DNA of 64,000 nucleotides from Spirulina sp. (GCA_044070495.1 JBIPSI010000001.1:160001-224000), one strand, 5' to 3'; positions 40,316-51,237 are shown, numbered from the stretch's first letter. Notes: a model not told the origin generated them from the letters alone. Numbers and translations are program-made.

Positions 40316-40519
40316 TCCCTAGGGCAGAATCAAAAGGGAACTCGGACTCCGGTAGAATAATGGCGTCGATTAGGTAAATATTACGACAGACACCGGAGGT
40401 TGGTTAGGCGGTACTAGCCTGCTCAGTTCTACCTTAGACAAGGTTTAACCTGCTTTAGCCAACCCGCTGCATAACGTAATAAACAAAAGACTTAAGCCGT
40501 TTTTGGGAGGTTTCTCGTT

Positions 40520-41725
40520 ATGGTCAAAAAATCTGTGGCCAGTTTGACCGCCGCCGATCTCGAAGGGAAGCGGGTGTTGGTACGGGCGGATTTCAACGTC
40601 CCCCTGGATGACCAAGGTGCCATCACCGACGACACCCGCATTCGGGCCGCCCTGCCCACCATCCAAGACCTGACGGGCAAAGGGGCCAAGGTGATTTTGA
40701 CCAGCCACTTTGGTCGTCCCAAGGCCCAGGTGGTCGAAAGTATGCGCCTTACCCCCGTGGCCAAGCGCCTGGGTGAACTGCTGGGCCAAGACGTGATCAA
40801 GTGCGACGACTGCATCGGTGACGCCGTGGCTGCCGCCGTCAACGGTATGAGCAACGGCCAAGTGGCCTTGCTAGAAAACGTGCGTTTCTACGCCGGAGAA
40901 GAGGCTAACGATCCCGAATTCGCCAAAGCCCTCGCCGCCAACGCGGATCTCTACGTGAACGATGCCTTTGGCACCGCCCACCGCGCCCACGCCTCCACCG
41001 AAGGCGTGACCAAGTACCTCAGTCCCTCTGTGGCTGGGTATTTGATCGAAAAAGAACTGCAATACCTGCAAGCCGCCATCGAAAACCCCCAGCGTCCCCT
41101 GGCGGCGATCATCGGTGGTTCTAAGGTGTCCAGCAAAATCGGCGTAATCGAAACCCTGCTGGATAAGGTAGACAAGCTGCTGATCGGCGGCGGCATGATC
41201 TTCACCTTCTACAAAGCTCGCGGCCTCAGCGTCGGCGGTTCCCTCGTAGAAGAGGACAAGCTGGAACTGGCCAAGGCCCTAGAAGCCAAGGCCAAGGAAA
41301 AGGGCGTTGACCTGCTGCTGCCCACCGATGTGGTGGTGGCCGACAAGTTTGCCCCCGATGCCAACGCCCAAACCGTCAGTGTCGAGGCCATCCCCGATGG
41401 CTGGATGGGTCTGGATATTGGCCCCGACGCCATCAAGGTGTTCCAAGACGCCCTGAAGCAGTGCAAGTCGGTAATCTGGAACGGCCCCATGGGCGTGTTC
41501 GAGTTCGATAAGTTTGCGGCGGGCACCGAAGCCATCGCCCACACCCTAGCCGAACTCACCCCCCAAGGTGTCACCACCATCATCGGCGGCGGCGACTCCG
41601 TGGCGGCGGTGGAAAAAGTGGGCGTGGCCGAGCAAATGAGCCACATCTCCACCGGCGGCGGCGCAAGCCTAGAACTGCTGGAAGGCAAGGAACTCCCCGG
41701 TATCGCTGCGCTAGATGAAGCCTAG
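40520..41725 (+). CDS. pgk: Phosphoglycerate kinase
   Basis: [40 protein letters not shown]. Confidence 0.98.
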   Translation: MVKKSVASLTAADLEGKRVLVRADFNVPLDDQGAITDDTRIRAALPTIQDLTGKGAKVILTSHFGRPKAQVVESMRLTPVAKRLGELLGQDVIKCDDCIGDAVAAAVNGMSNGQVALLENVRFYAGEEANDPEFAKALAANADLYVNDAFGTAHRAHASTEGVTKYLSPSVAGYLIEKELQYLQAAIENPQRPLAAIIGGSKVSSKIGVIETLLDKVDKLLIGGGMIFTFYKARGLSVGGSLVEEDKLELAKALEAKAKEKGVDLLLPTDVVVADKFAPDANAQTVSVEAIPDGWMGLDIGPDAIKVFQDALKQCKSVIWNGPMGVFEFDKFAAGTEAIAHTLAELTPQGVTTIIGGGDSVAAVEKVGVAEQMSHISTGGGASLELLEGKELPGIAALDEA

Positions 41726-41736
41726 TTCTTAGCCTG

Positions 41737-41769
41737 AGAAGCCCGGTTTCCTCAAGCAAACGGGCTTCT
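41737..41769. repeat. AGAA(A/G)CCCGGTTTC-type palindrome, probably the pgk terminator
   Basis: AGAAGCCCGGTTTC...AAACGGGCTTCT, 11 nt after the pgk stop; relatives at 47638 and 59035. Confidence 0.65.
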
Positions 41770-42189
41770 GGGTTTACAGATGAAACCCTGGAATCTAACT
41801 GATTCTAGGGTTTTGTTTTGCGCTGCCGATAACGCCAGGTTAGCGACCGTCTACCAGCTACAGCTTCCTCTAAGAGGGCGTTTGAAAAGGGTGGCCTCAG
41901 GTGCGTTTGATCGTTAAATCGGTGTAAATCTACAGAATTTTGACGGCTGAGGCTGACCTTATCGGTATGGCTTGGGATCCACTTCGGCTTTTCCAATCTC
42001 CTCTAAGTAGGGTTTACTGAAAAAATCAGCGCAGGCTGGATAGCGCTTTTTGATTAGCCCATCGCCGCTCGCCCATCACCGCCTACCAGCGAGCCCTCTT
42101 AACCGCTAGCTTGGCCCCAAACTCAACTCAACTGAAGTTACGGCTTTGCCACGCACGATGGGGCGAACGTGGGGTTGAGTAAGACTGGC

Positions 42190-42219
42190 AATAAAGAAGG
42201 GCGAGGTCTCCTCGCCCTT
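42190..42219 (-). terminator. Probable terminator of the radical SAM gene
   Basis: AAGGGCGAGG-TCT-CCTCGCCCTT perfect stem with a U-rich tail on the minus strand. Confidence 0.65.
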
Positions 42220-42257
42220 ACCGGTAGACGGATTGTGTTGGGAACCGGGCCTTGGCA

Positions 42258-43874
42258 TTAGGCGGCGAGTTGGGCTTCCTCCTGGGCGGGGGTGGCGAGT
42301 TTGGTGGCTTGGTAGGCCGCGAGCTGCTCTTCGATGTTTTGGCGCACGATTTGGCGGAAGTCGATGAAGTGCTCGGCCTGGGCGCAGACGGAGACATAGC
42401 TGGCGGCCACGGCGGGGTAACGCCAGAGCATGATGGCCAAGTTCACCCAGAAACGTAGGCGGGTTTTACGCAGGATTCCCTGCCGCCACAGGATGATGAA
42501 AAAGGCTCGCAGGGTAATCCAGTTAATGCTGGGCGATCCGGCGGCGGCGGCGCTTTTTTTGACGTTGCGTCGTCGTTGGGAGTTGCGCTTGCGGGCTTCT
42601 CCCAGGATCAAATAATGGCGGAAGGTGCGGTTCAACACCACTAGCGGATCGTACAAGTCCCAGAAGGTTTGGATAAATTCCTCGGTGATGTCTTCGATGG
42701 GGCGGGTGGGCACGAAGTTCATCAGGGTGGCCTGGTTGATGTCGGCACTCTTGCCCAGCAGGCGACCTTCTTTCTCTAGGCGATGCCAGAGGGCGGTGTC
42801 GGGCAGGGCTTGCAGCATACTCACCATGGCGGTGGGAATGGCGGTTTGCTCCACGAATTGATAGATGCGTTCGCCTGCGCCCTTCTTCTCGCCGTCAAAG
42901 CCAACGATGAACCCAGCCATCACCCGCATTCCCGATTTGGCAATGGCCACCACCGAGTCGGACAGGGGATCGCGAACATTTTGGAACTTCTTGGTGAGGG
43001 CAAGGCTGTCGTCGTCGGGGGTTTCGATGCCCAAAAAGACGGTACCGAAGTTGCAGTCCACCATCATCTGCATCAGTTCAGGATCCTGGGCCAAGTCCAC
43101 CGAGGCCTCGGTGGCAAAGGAGAAGGGATAGCCGTGATCCTCCATCCAGGGCTTCATGGCCGTCAGCAGGCGCTTAACGTTGCGCTTGTTGCCGATGAAG
43201 TTGTCATCCACCATAAAGATGCTGCGCCGCCAGCCCAGGTCGTAGAGGTACTGAAGCTCGGCCAAAAGCTGTTCCGGTTCCTTGGTGCGGGGTTTGCGAC
43301 CGTAGAGCACGATGATGTCGCAAAATTCGCACTGGAAAGGGCAACCCCGCGAAAACTGAACCGACATTTCGGCGTAGGCATCCAGTTCCAGCAGGTCGTA
43401 GCGGGGGATGGGGGTTTCGGTAACGGCGGGTTTTTCGCCCCCGGATCGGAAGGTGCCGCTGCGGTCGCCCCGTTCCACGGCCTCCACAAACATGGGCAGG
43501 GTAATTTCCCCTTCATCCAAAATCAAAAAGTCTGCCCCGGCTGCTTCCGCTTCGTGGGGGAGCGAGGTCGGATAAGGGCCACCCACAGCGACGAGCTTGC
43601 CGTATTCCTTGGCGGTCTGAATGGCGGCTAAAAAGTCGGGCCGATGGACGATCATGGCGGACACGATCACAATGTCGGCCCAACGCCATTCAGCGTCCTC
43701 AACCTCGCGCACATTGCGGTCTACCAGCTTAAAGTTCCAGCTTTGGGGCAAAATCGCCGCCACCGTCACCAGCCCCAGAGGCGGTAGCTGAGCCTTCATG
43801 CCTACCAGTTCGAGGGTTTTATCAAAGGACCAAAAACTTTTCGGAAAACGAGGATAAACCAACAGAATGTTCAT
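42258..43874 (-). CDS. B12-binding radical SAM protein (DUF4070-type C-terminus)
   Basis: N-terminal cobalamin-binding region (PPLGL.TVAA, GGPY), CPFQCEFC motif, VDDNFIGN, FLGIET. Confidence 0.9.
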   Translation of the reverse strand: MNILLVYPRFPKSFWSFDKTLELVGMKAQLPPLGLVTVAAILPQSWNFKLVDRNVREVEDAEWRWADIVIVSAMIVHRPDFLAAIQTAKEYGKLVAVGGPYPTSLPHEAEAAGADFLILDEGEITLPMFVEAVERGDRSGTFRSGGEKPAVTETPIPRYDLLELDAYAEMSVQFSRGCPFQCEFCDIIVLYGRKPRTKEPEQLLAELQYLYDLGWRRSIFMVDDNFIGNKRNVKRLLTAMKPWMEDHGYPFSFATEASVDLAQDPELMQMMVDCNFGTVFLGIETPDDDSLALTKKFQNVRDPLSDSVVAIAKSGMRVMAGFIVGFDGEKKGAGERIYQFVEQTAIPTAMVSMLQALPDTALWHRLEKEGRLLGKSADINQATLMNFVPTRPIEDITEEFIQTFWDLYDPLVVLNRTFRHYLILGEARKRNSQRRRNVKKSAAAAGSPSINWITLRAFFIILWRQGILRKTRLRFWVNLAIMLWRYPAVAASYVSVCAQAEHFIDFRQIVRQNIEEQLAAYQATKLATPAQEEAQLAA

Positions 43875-44131
43875 GAAAGCCAGTCTATATTTTCTGCCAT
43901 CCTACGAGAGTCATCCTAAATGCGCAAACGGTAGCCCTAGGAAAAGACCAGTTTGCCGATCTTAATCCATAGAAATCTCGCTCTACCATCCCTGATAAAA
44001 ATCAATGCTTTGCCCCGTTTTTTTCATCAATCGTGGAGCAGAAATGTCTGAACATTCCTGAACAAAATGCGATTTTCTCCTAGGTAGAGGTGAATCATAC
44101 TGGCAATAGTCCTCCGAAAATCGCGCCCACA

Positions 44132-44371
44132 ATGGAAACCTTTCTCTTTCTGTTTGTCCTTGGTCTGTGGATTTACCTGAGCCTGCCTAAAAAGGCACCT
44201 CCTACGAGTGACCCCTGGGAGGAAATGGGCAAAGCCATTGGCAAGGCCCTGAAAACCCTCAATGCCCCCGCCGAAGGCAACCCAAGCGGGAGCGGCGGCA
44301 AAAAAGACAGCTTCCCTTGGTTTATTCCCTTGGCCATTGTGACTGGGCTGGCGGTCTATCTGTTCCGCTAA
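44132..44371 (+). CDS. Small two-TM hypothetical protein
   Basis: METFLFLFVLGLWIYL...FPWFIPLAIVTGLAVYLFR; alternative GTG start at 44090. Confidence 0.6.
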   Translation: METFLFLFVLGLWIYLSLPKKAPPTSDPWEEMGKAIGKALKTLNAPAEGNPSGSGGKKDSFPWFIPLAIVTGLAVYLFR

Positions 44372-44412
44372 CGGTCATCACCGTCATCCCCAGGCCGGTA
44401 TCCCTGGCTTCC

Positions 44413-44685
44413 CTAAAAGGAGTAGCCGATCCCGGCAATGCGGTCTAGAACGTTTTGGACAAGGGCCAAGGCGAGGATGGCGAAGGATGCCGATAGATCC
44501 ATGCCAGCAATGGGAGGGATGATGGCGCGAAAGCAAGCGATGTAGGGATCCGTGAGTTGGCGAATTACCGCCAGGACTGGATTGTCCCAATTCACCGTAG
44601 GCACCCAACTCCAAATCACGCGAAGCAGCAGAATCACGAGATAAAGCGCCACAAAGTTGGCTAGGATGTCGAGCCAAATGTCCAT
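44413..44685 (-). CDS. YggT/YlmG family protein, paralog 2
   Basis: LLRVIWSW.P.V.W.NP...I.QLTDPY...FR.IIPPI.GMDLS. Confidence 0.85.
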   Translation of the reverse strand: MDIWLDILANFVALYLVILLLRVIWSWVPTVNWDNPVLAVIRQLTDPYIACFRAIIPPIAGMDLSASFAILALALVQNVLDRIAGIGYSF

Positions 44686-44879
44686 CCGAAGAACCTCAGG
44701 TTTAGGGTACATCACACCCACGAGTAAAGCATTGCCAACGTAGAGCCATGCACGTAGGGTTCATTCCCGAAGCAATCCACTAATTCCTAGGATGCACAAC
44801 GCCAGAACGAGGTTGAACCAATGTCCAGCAAGGCACCCACAGGAAGGGCCATCATGGGTACTGGTTTTCCAGGGATCCC

Positions 44880-45161
44880 TTAGAAGGAGGCGTAGGAGGA
44901 GGTTGCTAGGGCTAGTGTGTCTACACCCTGTTGAGCAACCCATAGCAGGAGAAATGCCAGCATAGGGGATAGATCAATGCCACCGAGAGGGGGAATGATA
45001 GAGCGGAAGAGGCTGAGGTAGGGATCCGTGAGCTGGCTGAGGACAGAAAAGGGCGGGTTAAACCAGTCTACATTGGGGAACCAGCTCAGCAGAATGCGAA
45101 TAATCAGCAGGACGCTATAAATCGAAAGGAAGGTGGAGAGGGTCTGTACCAAAATAGCCAT
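44880..45161 (-). CDS. YggT/YlmG (Ycf19) family protein
   Basis: IRILLSWFPNVDW.NPPFS.LSQLTDPYL..FRSIIPPLGGIDLSP. Confidence 0.92.
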   Translation of the reverse strand: MAILVQTLSTFLSIYSVLLIIRILLSWFPNVDWFNPPFSVLSQLTDPYLSLFRSIIPPLGGIDLSPMLAFLLLWVAQQGVDTLALATSSYASF

Positions 45162-45306
45162 CTGAACAACCTCGGCTGTAGTCGTTAATCACAATACATG
45201 GAGAACAGAAACCTGTCAGTTAGTGTAACGGAATGCTGCATGGATGCTGGCTTGGCCTCGGCTCAGACTAGCCTGCATCGGGCGGTCAGACCGCTAGGCA
45301 GACGGG

Positions 45307-45612
45307 TTAATCGACCTGGGAGGGGTTGCCCCAGGTTTTCTCTGTGTGGCCGTTGATGTGGCCGATCTGTTGGCGCACATCGTCGATGGCCTCGTTGAGT
45401 TGGGCAATTTTGGCCTCTAGCCCTAGGCGAGCCGCCTCCATGCCTTCCTCGGTCATGTCCTCTAGGTCGTCAAAGGCGAGGTCTGGAGTTCGGCGGTCGG
45501 CCTGTCCGGCCTGAATCCGAGAGGCGGCAAGGGCACCCACTACCCCACCGAGGGCACCGCCGACCAGGGTGCCGAGCAAAAATCCGCCGACAAAATTGCC
45601 TTGTTCACTCAT
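45307..45612 (-). CDS. Conserved hypothetical protein (Gly-rich TM plus coiled coil, YtxH-like)
   Basis: FVGGFLLGTLVGGALGG...LEAKIAQLNEAIDDVR. Confidence 0.75.
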   Translation of the reverse strand: MSEQGNFVGGFLLGTLVGGALGGVVGALAASRIQAGQADRRTPDLAFDDLEDMTEEGMEAARLGLEAKIAQLNEAIDDVRQQIGHINGHTEKTWGNPSQVD

Positions 45613-45685
45613 AACGCTATCCGTTCCGCCTCACTCACAGGTTCTGTTGTTCCATTGTATAAAGTCAATGCACCCGTCAACAGCC

Positions 45686-46336
45686 CTACGACCCGAAGGT
45701 GCGATCTCCGGCATCCCCCAGACCGGGCACAATGAAACCTTGGTCATTCACCTCTTCATCAATGCCAGCGGCAAAAATCGTCAGGGTGGGATACACATCC
45801 GCCAGCTTCCGCAGGGCCAAGGGCGAGGCCACGATGGCAATAATCCGCACCAGGGCCGGATCTACCCCCCGATTCACCAGGTCAGCGAGGGTGGCCATGA
45901 TGGTGCCCCCGGTGGCCAGCATCGGTTCGCTGATGATCACCCGCGTTTGGGGATCGATCTGGGCGGGCAGCTTGTTGAGGTAGCAACTGGCTTCTAGGGT
46001 TTCTTCGTCGCGCACATAGCCCACGTGGTACACCGAGGCCAGGGGTAGCAGGTCTTGGATCCCCGGCATCAGGCCCAGCCCCGCCCTCAGGATGGGAACG
46101 ATCATGGTGGGAACATCGGGGTTGATGAAGGTGGCCGCACAGGGGCCGAGGGGTGTATTCACCATGGTGTCTATGGTGGGTAGCCACTCGCGGATGGCCT
46201 CGTAGGTAAGCCAGCGTCCCAGTTCCTCCATGGCCGACCGAAATAACGGCGAAGGGGTATCGGCATCGCGGGCCACCGCCAGCCAATGTTTGACGAGGGG
46301 ATGGGGCGGAACAAAAATACGAAGTTGAGAAGCCAT
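45686..46336 (-). CDS. upp: Uracil phosphoribosyltransferase
   Basis: HPLVKHWL, PILRAGLG, RDEETL, PMLATGGT, IVPGLGDAGDR. Confidence 0.96.
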   Translation of the reverse strand: MASQLRIFVPPHPLVKHWLAVARDADTPSPLFRSAMEELGRWLTYEAIREWLPTIDTMVNTPLGPCAATFINPDVPTMIVPILRAGLGLMPGIQDLLPLASVYHVGYVRDEETLEASCYLNKLPAQIDPQTRVIISEPMLATGGTIMATLADLVNRGVDPALVRIIAIVASPLALRKLADVYPTLTIFAAGIDEEVNDQGFIVPGLGDAGDRTFGS

Positions 46337-46541
46337 GAACCAAAGGGAATGAGCAAATCTGCCACATCATACTCTGTGATGGGGTTTCTGTGACGGGGAA
46401 AAGCCCGCATAAAGCCAACCATTTCGGCTGTTTGGGTACGGTCGATTCGGTGGGAAAAGCCTACCTTTTCAAGGGAAAGCCACACCTGTGCAACGCCGTT
46501 GACTCTGACAAGATAGGGATGTCAACGCAACGGAGAAGGTC

Positions 46542-46862
46542 ATGAAAAAGGGACTATTCAGCCAACCCATTCTGCAAGGCTATCGCCGCCTGATTCGCCA
46601 CCCCAAATATCGCTGGGCGATCCTGTTGGGGACGCTGATTTACCTGGTCAGCCCGTTGGATATCTCCCCCGATGTGTTCCCGGTGGTGGGCTGGGTGGAT
46701 GACGGCCTGATCGCTACCCTCGCCATCACCGAAGTGACCCAGATTTTGTTAGACCGCAAACGCCACCTGCGCCAAGCCGCCCAGGCCAACCGATCCAGCT
46801 TTGACACCGACGATCTACAAACCACGGTGATCGATGTTAACTCTGTGGTGGTGCCCCGCTAG
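46542..46862 (+). CDS. YkvA/DUF1232 family protein
   Basis: YLVSPLDISPDVFPVVGWVDD. Confidence 0.9.
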   Translation: MKKGLFSQPILQGYRRLIRHPKYRWAILLGTLIYLVSPLDISPDVFPVVGWVDDGLIATLAITEVTQILLDRKRHLRQAAQANRSSFDTDDLQTTVIDVNSVVVPR

Positions 46863-47019
46863 GCAAGGGCGAGGGAACCTCACCCCTACCCCAGTGGTTG
46901 TGTCTTGTAAACCTTGGGTCCTTTGACTATCCCTGTTTCAGATCAGGTATGACCCGCTTGTTTAACCCGTTGATTGAAGCCTTGATTGCCCCCCTACTAT
47001 CTTTTTAAGGAGATGCCCC

Positions 47020-47616
47020 ATGGCCACCGCTGTATCTGAAAAAGTGAAAGCCGACTGGAAAAAAGCCCAGCAAGAAAGCGGTCACCGCGTCAGCCGACTA
47101 CGCACCATCGTCACCCAAGCGGCCACCGAAGCCTTGTCGGAAATCAAGGGTGGTTCTAGCGAACTCGAAACCCTAGGCCGCCAATCCCTAGCGGAGATGA
47201 TGGCCCAACTACAAACCCCAGACGCTACGACGCCAGCGACCGAAGCCACCGCCACCGGATCGTCAGAACCCATTGAGGCCAATACCGAAGTCCAGGCCGT
47301 GGTGCCCGTTCCCCCCAAAGCCGAAGCCAGTGCCCCTACCTGGGCCGAACTTTTTGCCACGGTGATTACCCTGGTCAAAACCCGCAAAACCGACTGGGGC
47401 CAAGCCCTGCTAACTCGGCTCCATACCCAACTGGAACGCTTTGATGCGGATATGGAGGCCGAATACGGTGCCCGCTATCGCTTGTTCCAACCCTTTGTTT
47501 GGGGTCTGCGCCGTGTGGTGGCCCTGGGCTTAGATCGTCTGGCTGAACCCGCCGCCGCCCCAGAAGCCCCTGCGTCCCCCGTCACCATCGAAGTGCTAGA
47601 CGACACCGACGCCTAG
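47020..47616 (+). CDS. Hypothetical helical protein
   Basis: 198-aa ORF with an AAGGAG RBS and native codon usage. Confidence 0.7.
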   Translation: MATAVSEKVKADWKKAQQESGHRVSRLRTIVTQAATEALSEIKGGSSELETLGRQSLAEMMAQLQTPDATTPATEATATGSSEPIEANTEVQAVVPVPPKAEASAPTWAELFATVITLVKTRKTDWGQALLTRLHTQLERFDADMEAEYGARYRLFQPFVWGLRRVVALGLDRLAEPAAAPEAPASPVTIEVLDDTDA

Positions 47617-47637
47617 CGTTGGATTCCGGTTTTCTAT

Positions 47638-47667
47638 AACCCCGGTTTTTCAAAAAAAACCGGGGTT
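47638..47667. repeat. AACCCCGGTTTT palindrome, probable bidirectional terminator
   Basis: AACCCCGGTTTTT-CAAA-AAAAACCGGGGTT between convergent genes. Confidence 0.65.
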
Positions 47668-47686
47668 CTGCTTTGTGCCCAAGTCC

Positions 47687-48349
47687 TCAAGGGGTCAACT
47701 GGGCACCCCAATCGCAGGCGGTTTCCCAGCCCAGACCTTTGCGGATGATGGTGGGTTCGTCGTCGATCACATCAATAATGGTAGAGACCTCGTAGGCCAT
47801 CGGTTCGTCGTCGTCGATGATGATATCCACCAGCTTTTCTAGGGTGTCAAACACTTCCACCTTGTCGATGTGGCGTGGCTTGGATTTCGTCGCAGGCTGA
47901 GGCACTACGCTCAGGGCCGAGGTGGAAATGATGGGGTTTCCCAGAGCTTCAATCAGAGCCAAACAAATGGGGCTATTGGGAACTCGAATCCCGGTGGTGC
48001 GGCGTTTAGGACTCATCACGAGGCGCGGCACCTGCTTGGTGGCAGGCAACAAAAAGGTGAACGGCCCCGGAATTAGGCGGCGAATGATGCGGTAGGCGCT
48101 GTCATTCACAATGGCGTAGTCGGCAATGTTAGACAGGGAAGAACAGAGAAAGGTGAGGGGTTTCTCGTTGGCAAGCTGCTTAAGCTGGCGCACCCGCTGC
48201 ACCGCCCCCCGATGATTGAGGTCGCAGCCAATGGCGTAGACTGTGTCTGTGGGGTAGAGGGCAATGGCCCCCTGGCGCAGGGCTTCCACGATGGTCTGCA
48301 CCTTGCGAGATTGCGGGGTTTCGGGATGTAGTCGATACAGCGTGGCCAT
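47687..48349 (-). CDS. Sua5/YciO/YrdC family protein
   Basis: YPTDTVYAIGC, LIPGPFTFLL, GIRVP, PIISTSA. Confidence 0.9.
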   Translation of the reverse strand: MATLYRLHPETPQSRKVQTIVEALRQGAIALYPTDTVYAIGCDLNHRGAVQRVRQLKQLANEKPLTFLCSSLSNIADYAIVNDSAYRIIRRLIPGPFTFLLPATKQVPRLVMSPKRRTTGIRVPNSPICLALIEALGNPIISTSALSVVPQPATKSKPRHIDKVEVFDTLEKLVDIIIDDDEPMAYEVSTIIDVIDDEPTIIRKGLGWETACDWGAQLTP

Positions 48350-48491
48350 GGGGTTGTCTCCTCAAGTCTCCCGAACAGTGCCGCTTGGGTCAGAATGTCA
48401 CCCGCCAAGCTACTCCTAGACAGCTTTGGTACGCTATCCAACGGCGGCTCCCCTATTTTGGAAGAACTCTGGCACAGCACAGCACATTTGT

Positions 48492-50096
48492 ATGAAAACG
48501 ATAGCCTACCTCGACTGCCCATCGGGTATTTCCGGTGACATGTGCCTTGGGGCCGTTTTGGATGCCGGGGTGCCCTTAGAGTACCTGCAAACCCAGTTGG
48601 GTCGGCTGGGGCTAGGGGAGGAATTTCAGCTATCGGTAGCCCCGGTACTGCGCCAAGGTCTCCGTGCCCTCAAGGCCAGTGTTGATCTCAAGGACGATTC
48701 TGCCGGAAAATCCGTTGGAGAACCCACCCACAGTTCTGCCCACAGCCATCACCACAGCCACGGGCAAGAACATCCGACCCGCAGCCACAGTTCTGCCCAC
48801 GGTCACCACGGTCACCATAGCCACACCCATAGCCACACTTCTGCTCACAGTCACAGTCATCACAGCCATCAGGACAGCCACAGCCACAGTTCTGCCCACA
48901 GCCACAGCTATCCCAGTCACCAGGACAGCCAAAGTGATCGATCCCCTAGTCCTGATCAGCCCTCCACCCAGATCGAGCACGATCATGGCCATCCCCCCGG
49001 CACCCGGCACCTACCAGAAATCGAAGCCCTGATCACCCAGGCCGGTTTGCCAGACCGGGCCTGTCGCTGGAGTTTGGCGGTGTTTCGGCAACTGGCGGAG
49101 GCGGAGGCGGCTGTCCATGGGATCGCCATCGACCAGGTGCATTTCCATGAGGTGGGGGCCACCGATGCACTGGTGGATATCGTCGGCACCTGTTTAGGGC
49201 TGGATTACTTGGGCATTGACGAGCTATTTTGTTCGGCCCTGCCCACGGGCCAAGGACGGGTGAAAGCGGCCCACGGCTGGCTGCCTGTCCCCGCTCCGGC
49301 GGTGCTCAAACTGATGGAAATGCGCCAAATCCCCATCTACAACAACGGCCTCTGGGGCGAACGGGTGACCCCCACCGGGGCGGCCATCGTGGCCACCTTA
49401 GCCCAGGGGTTTGGGGAACCCCCAACGATGACCCTAAAGCGTGTGGGCTTAGGGGCTGGCCAAAAAGACTTTCCCCAGGCCAACATTCTGCGGCTATGGG
49501 TAGGAACGGTGGCCGATGGCCCAAGGAACACCCTCCAACCCCGTGATGATCGAAAGATCAGTGTTCAGAAACCTGCCGCCCCACAAGATGACCTAAAGAT
49601 CAACCTTCCACCCACCCACCTTCCACCCACCCACCTTCCACCCAACACCGAAACCATTGCGGTACTCGAAACCCAGGTGGATGACATGGTGCCCCAGGCC
49701 ATGAGCTATCTCTACGACCGTCTATTCGAGGCGGGCGCTTTGGACGTGTTTGCCCAACCAATCGCCATGAAAAAATCCCGCACGGGGCTGCTGATTACCG
49801 TGCTGTGTGACCCCGAAACCGAGGCCCGCTGTACCGAGATTTTGTTTGCCGAAACGCCCACCCTCGGCATCCGTCACCGTCACCAGCAGCGCACCATTCT
49901 TAAGCGGGACTTTCAAACCCTAGAGACCCCCTACGGCCCCGTCACGCTGAAGGTGGCCTACCATCCCCAAACCCAGGCGGTGCTGAACGTTCACCCCGAA
50001 TACGAAGACTGTGCCGCCTTGGCCCAACAGCATCGTGTGCCTTGGCAAGTGGTCTATCACACGGCGCTGGGGATTTGGTACCAGACTGGATCCTGA
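48492..50096 (+). CDS. larC: Nickel pincer cofactor Ni-insertase LarC with a His-rich insert
   Basis: [70 protein letters not shown]. Confidence 0.93.
   Translation: MKTIAYLDCPSGISGDMCLGAVLDAGVPLEYLQTQLGRLGLGEEFQLSVAPVLRQGLRALKASVDLKDDSAGKSVGEPTHSSAHSHHHSHGQEHPTRSHSSAHGHHGHHSHTHSHTSAHSHSHHSHQDSHSHSSAHSHSYPSHQDSQSDRSPSPDQPSTQIEHDHGHPPGTRHLPEIEALITQAGLPDRACRWSLAVFRQLAEAEAAVHGIAIDQVHFHEVGATDALVDIVGTCLGLDYLGIDELFCSALPTGQGRVKAAHGWLPVPAPAVLKLMEMRQIPIYNNGLWGERVTPTGAAIVATLAQGFGEPPTMTLKRVGLGAGQKDFPQANILRLWVGTVADGPRNTLQPRDDRKISVQKPAAPQDDLKINLPPTHLPPTHLPPNTETIAVLETQVDDMVPQAMSYLYDRLFEAGALDVFAQPIAMKKSRTGLLITVLCDPETEARCTEILFAETPTLGIRHRHQQRTILKRDFQTLETPYGPVTLKVAYHPQTQAVLNVHPEYEDCAALAQQHRVPWQVVYHTALGIWYQTGS
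49603..49646. repeat. 15-bp tandem repeat within larC (LPPTH x3)
   Basis: ACCTTCCACCCACCC twice plus ACCTTCCACCCAAC. Confidence 0.85.
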
Positions 50097-50251
50097 TGGG
50101 ATGAACGTGGGTTGGGATGGACGAGGAGACCTCGCCTCTACGGTTTGGCGGTGTCGTTGGGTAAGGGCTACCAATTATCCCAAGGCTTTAGGGGCCTGGT
50201 TGCCGCGCCCGGTGCAGAATCCTAGGTCGGTCAACCAGGGTTGGTGCCCTC

Positions 50252-51235
50252 TTAACGGGATTGGAAAATGTTTTGCACCATTTGTTTCTCGCTACGGCGG
50301 CTGGCTTGGTCGAGGGCCTCTACTTCGCCGCTGTCTAGCACCCAGCCCAAGGCCCCCAGGTTTTGTTGGGCTTGATGGAGGGACTTAGCCCCTGGGATAG
50401 GCAGGGTACCCTTGGCAATACACCAATTGAGGGCCACCTGGGCAGAGGTTTTCTGGCGCTGATCGGCAATCTCCTGGAGGGTGTGCAGCAAGGGCTGAAT
50501 TTTGGGCACCAGTTGGCGAAACAAGAAGCCCCGCACCCCCTGGGGAAATGGCCCCTGGGGCGAATACTTGCCGGTCAACAGGCCTAGGGCTAGGGGGCTG
50601 TAGGCAATCAGGCGAATACCCAGTTCGTCACAGAGATCCTTCAGGCCCAGTTCCGTGACCGGATAGGTGGACAGCAGGGAATACTGCACTTGCAGGGTGA
50701 CGATGGGGATGCCCCGTTTTTGGAACCGCTGGTGGGCAAGCTTCAGCCGTTTGGGGCCAAAGTTGGATAGGCCGATGCCTTTAATCTGCCCCCGCTCGTA
50801 GAGATCCATCAGGCCATCCAAAAACGGCCCCTCCTGCCAGGGGGCATAGTTGGCGGTAGACCAGTGCATTTGGGCCAGGTCGATGGGGCGTCCTAGCCGT
50901 TGGGCCGAGGCCTCTCCAGCCTTAATCACAGCCCCCCGCGTGATGCGCCAGGGATAGGCCGCCAGCTTGGTGGCGAGGCAAATCTGATCCCGATTTGGCC
51001 CTTGGTAGGTGCTGGTAAACTGGCCCAGCAGGGTTTCGCTGCGGCCATTGAGGCGACCGGTGCCGTAGGAATCGCCGCTGTCAAACAGGGTCACCCCTCG
51101 CGCCACACAGGTCTCAAACACCTGCTGCAATTCGCTATCCATGGCAGGGTCGTAGCCCCACAGCAGACGATTGCCCCAGGCCCAGGTGCCGCAGCCCAGG
51201 GTGGGAAAAGTGAGACGAGCGGGGGGGGAGGTCAT
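50252..51235 (-). CDS. Aldo/keto reductase (pyridoxal reductase-like)
   Basis: GCGTWAWGN, FDSGDSYG, QMHW, IGLSNFG, AYSPLALG.LTGKY, PIPGAK. Confidence 0.9.
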   Translation of the reverse strand: MTSPPARLTFPTLGCGTWAWGNRLLWGYDPAMDSELQQVFETCVARGVTLFDSGDSYGTGRLNGRSETLLGQFTSTYQGPNRDQICLATKLAAYPWRITRGAVIKAGEASAQRLGRPIDLAQMHWSTANYAPWQEGPFLDGLMDLYERGQIKGIGLSNFGPKRLKLAHQRFQKRGIPIVTLQVQYSLLSTYPVTELGLKDLCDELGIRLIAYSPLALGLLTGKYSPQGPFPQGVRGFLFRQLVPKIQPLLHTLQEIADQRQKTSAQVALNWCIAKGTLPIPGAKSLHQAQQNLGALGWVLDSGEVEALDQASRRSEKQMVQNIFQSR

Positions 51236-51237
51236 GG

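Noticed and set aside
42258..43874. Assignment as hpnP (hopanoid C-2 methylase)
   Set aside because: The architecture is related, but the N-terminus resembles the widespread paralog and no hopanoid genes are nearby; this cannot be settled without a tree.
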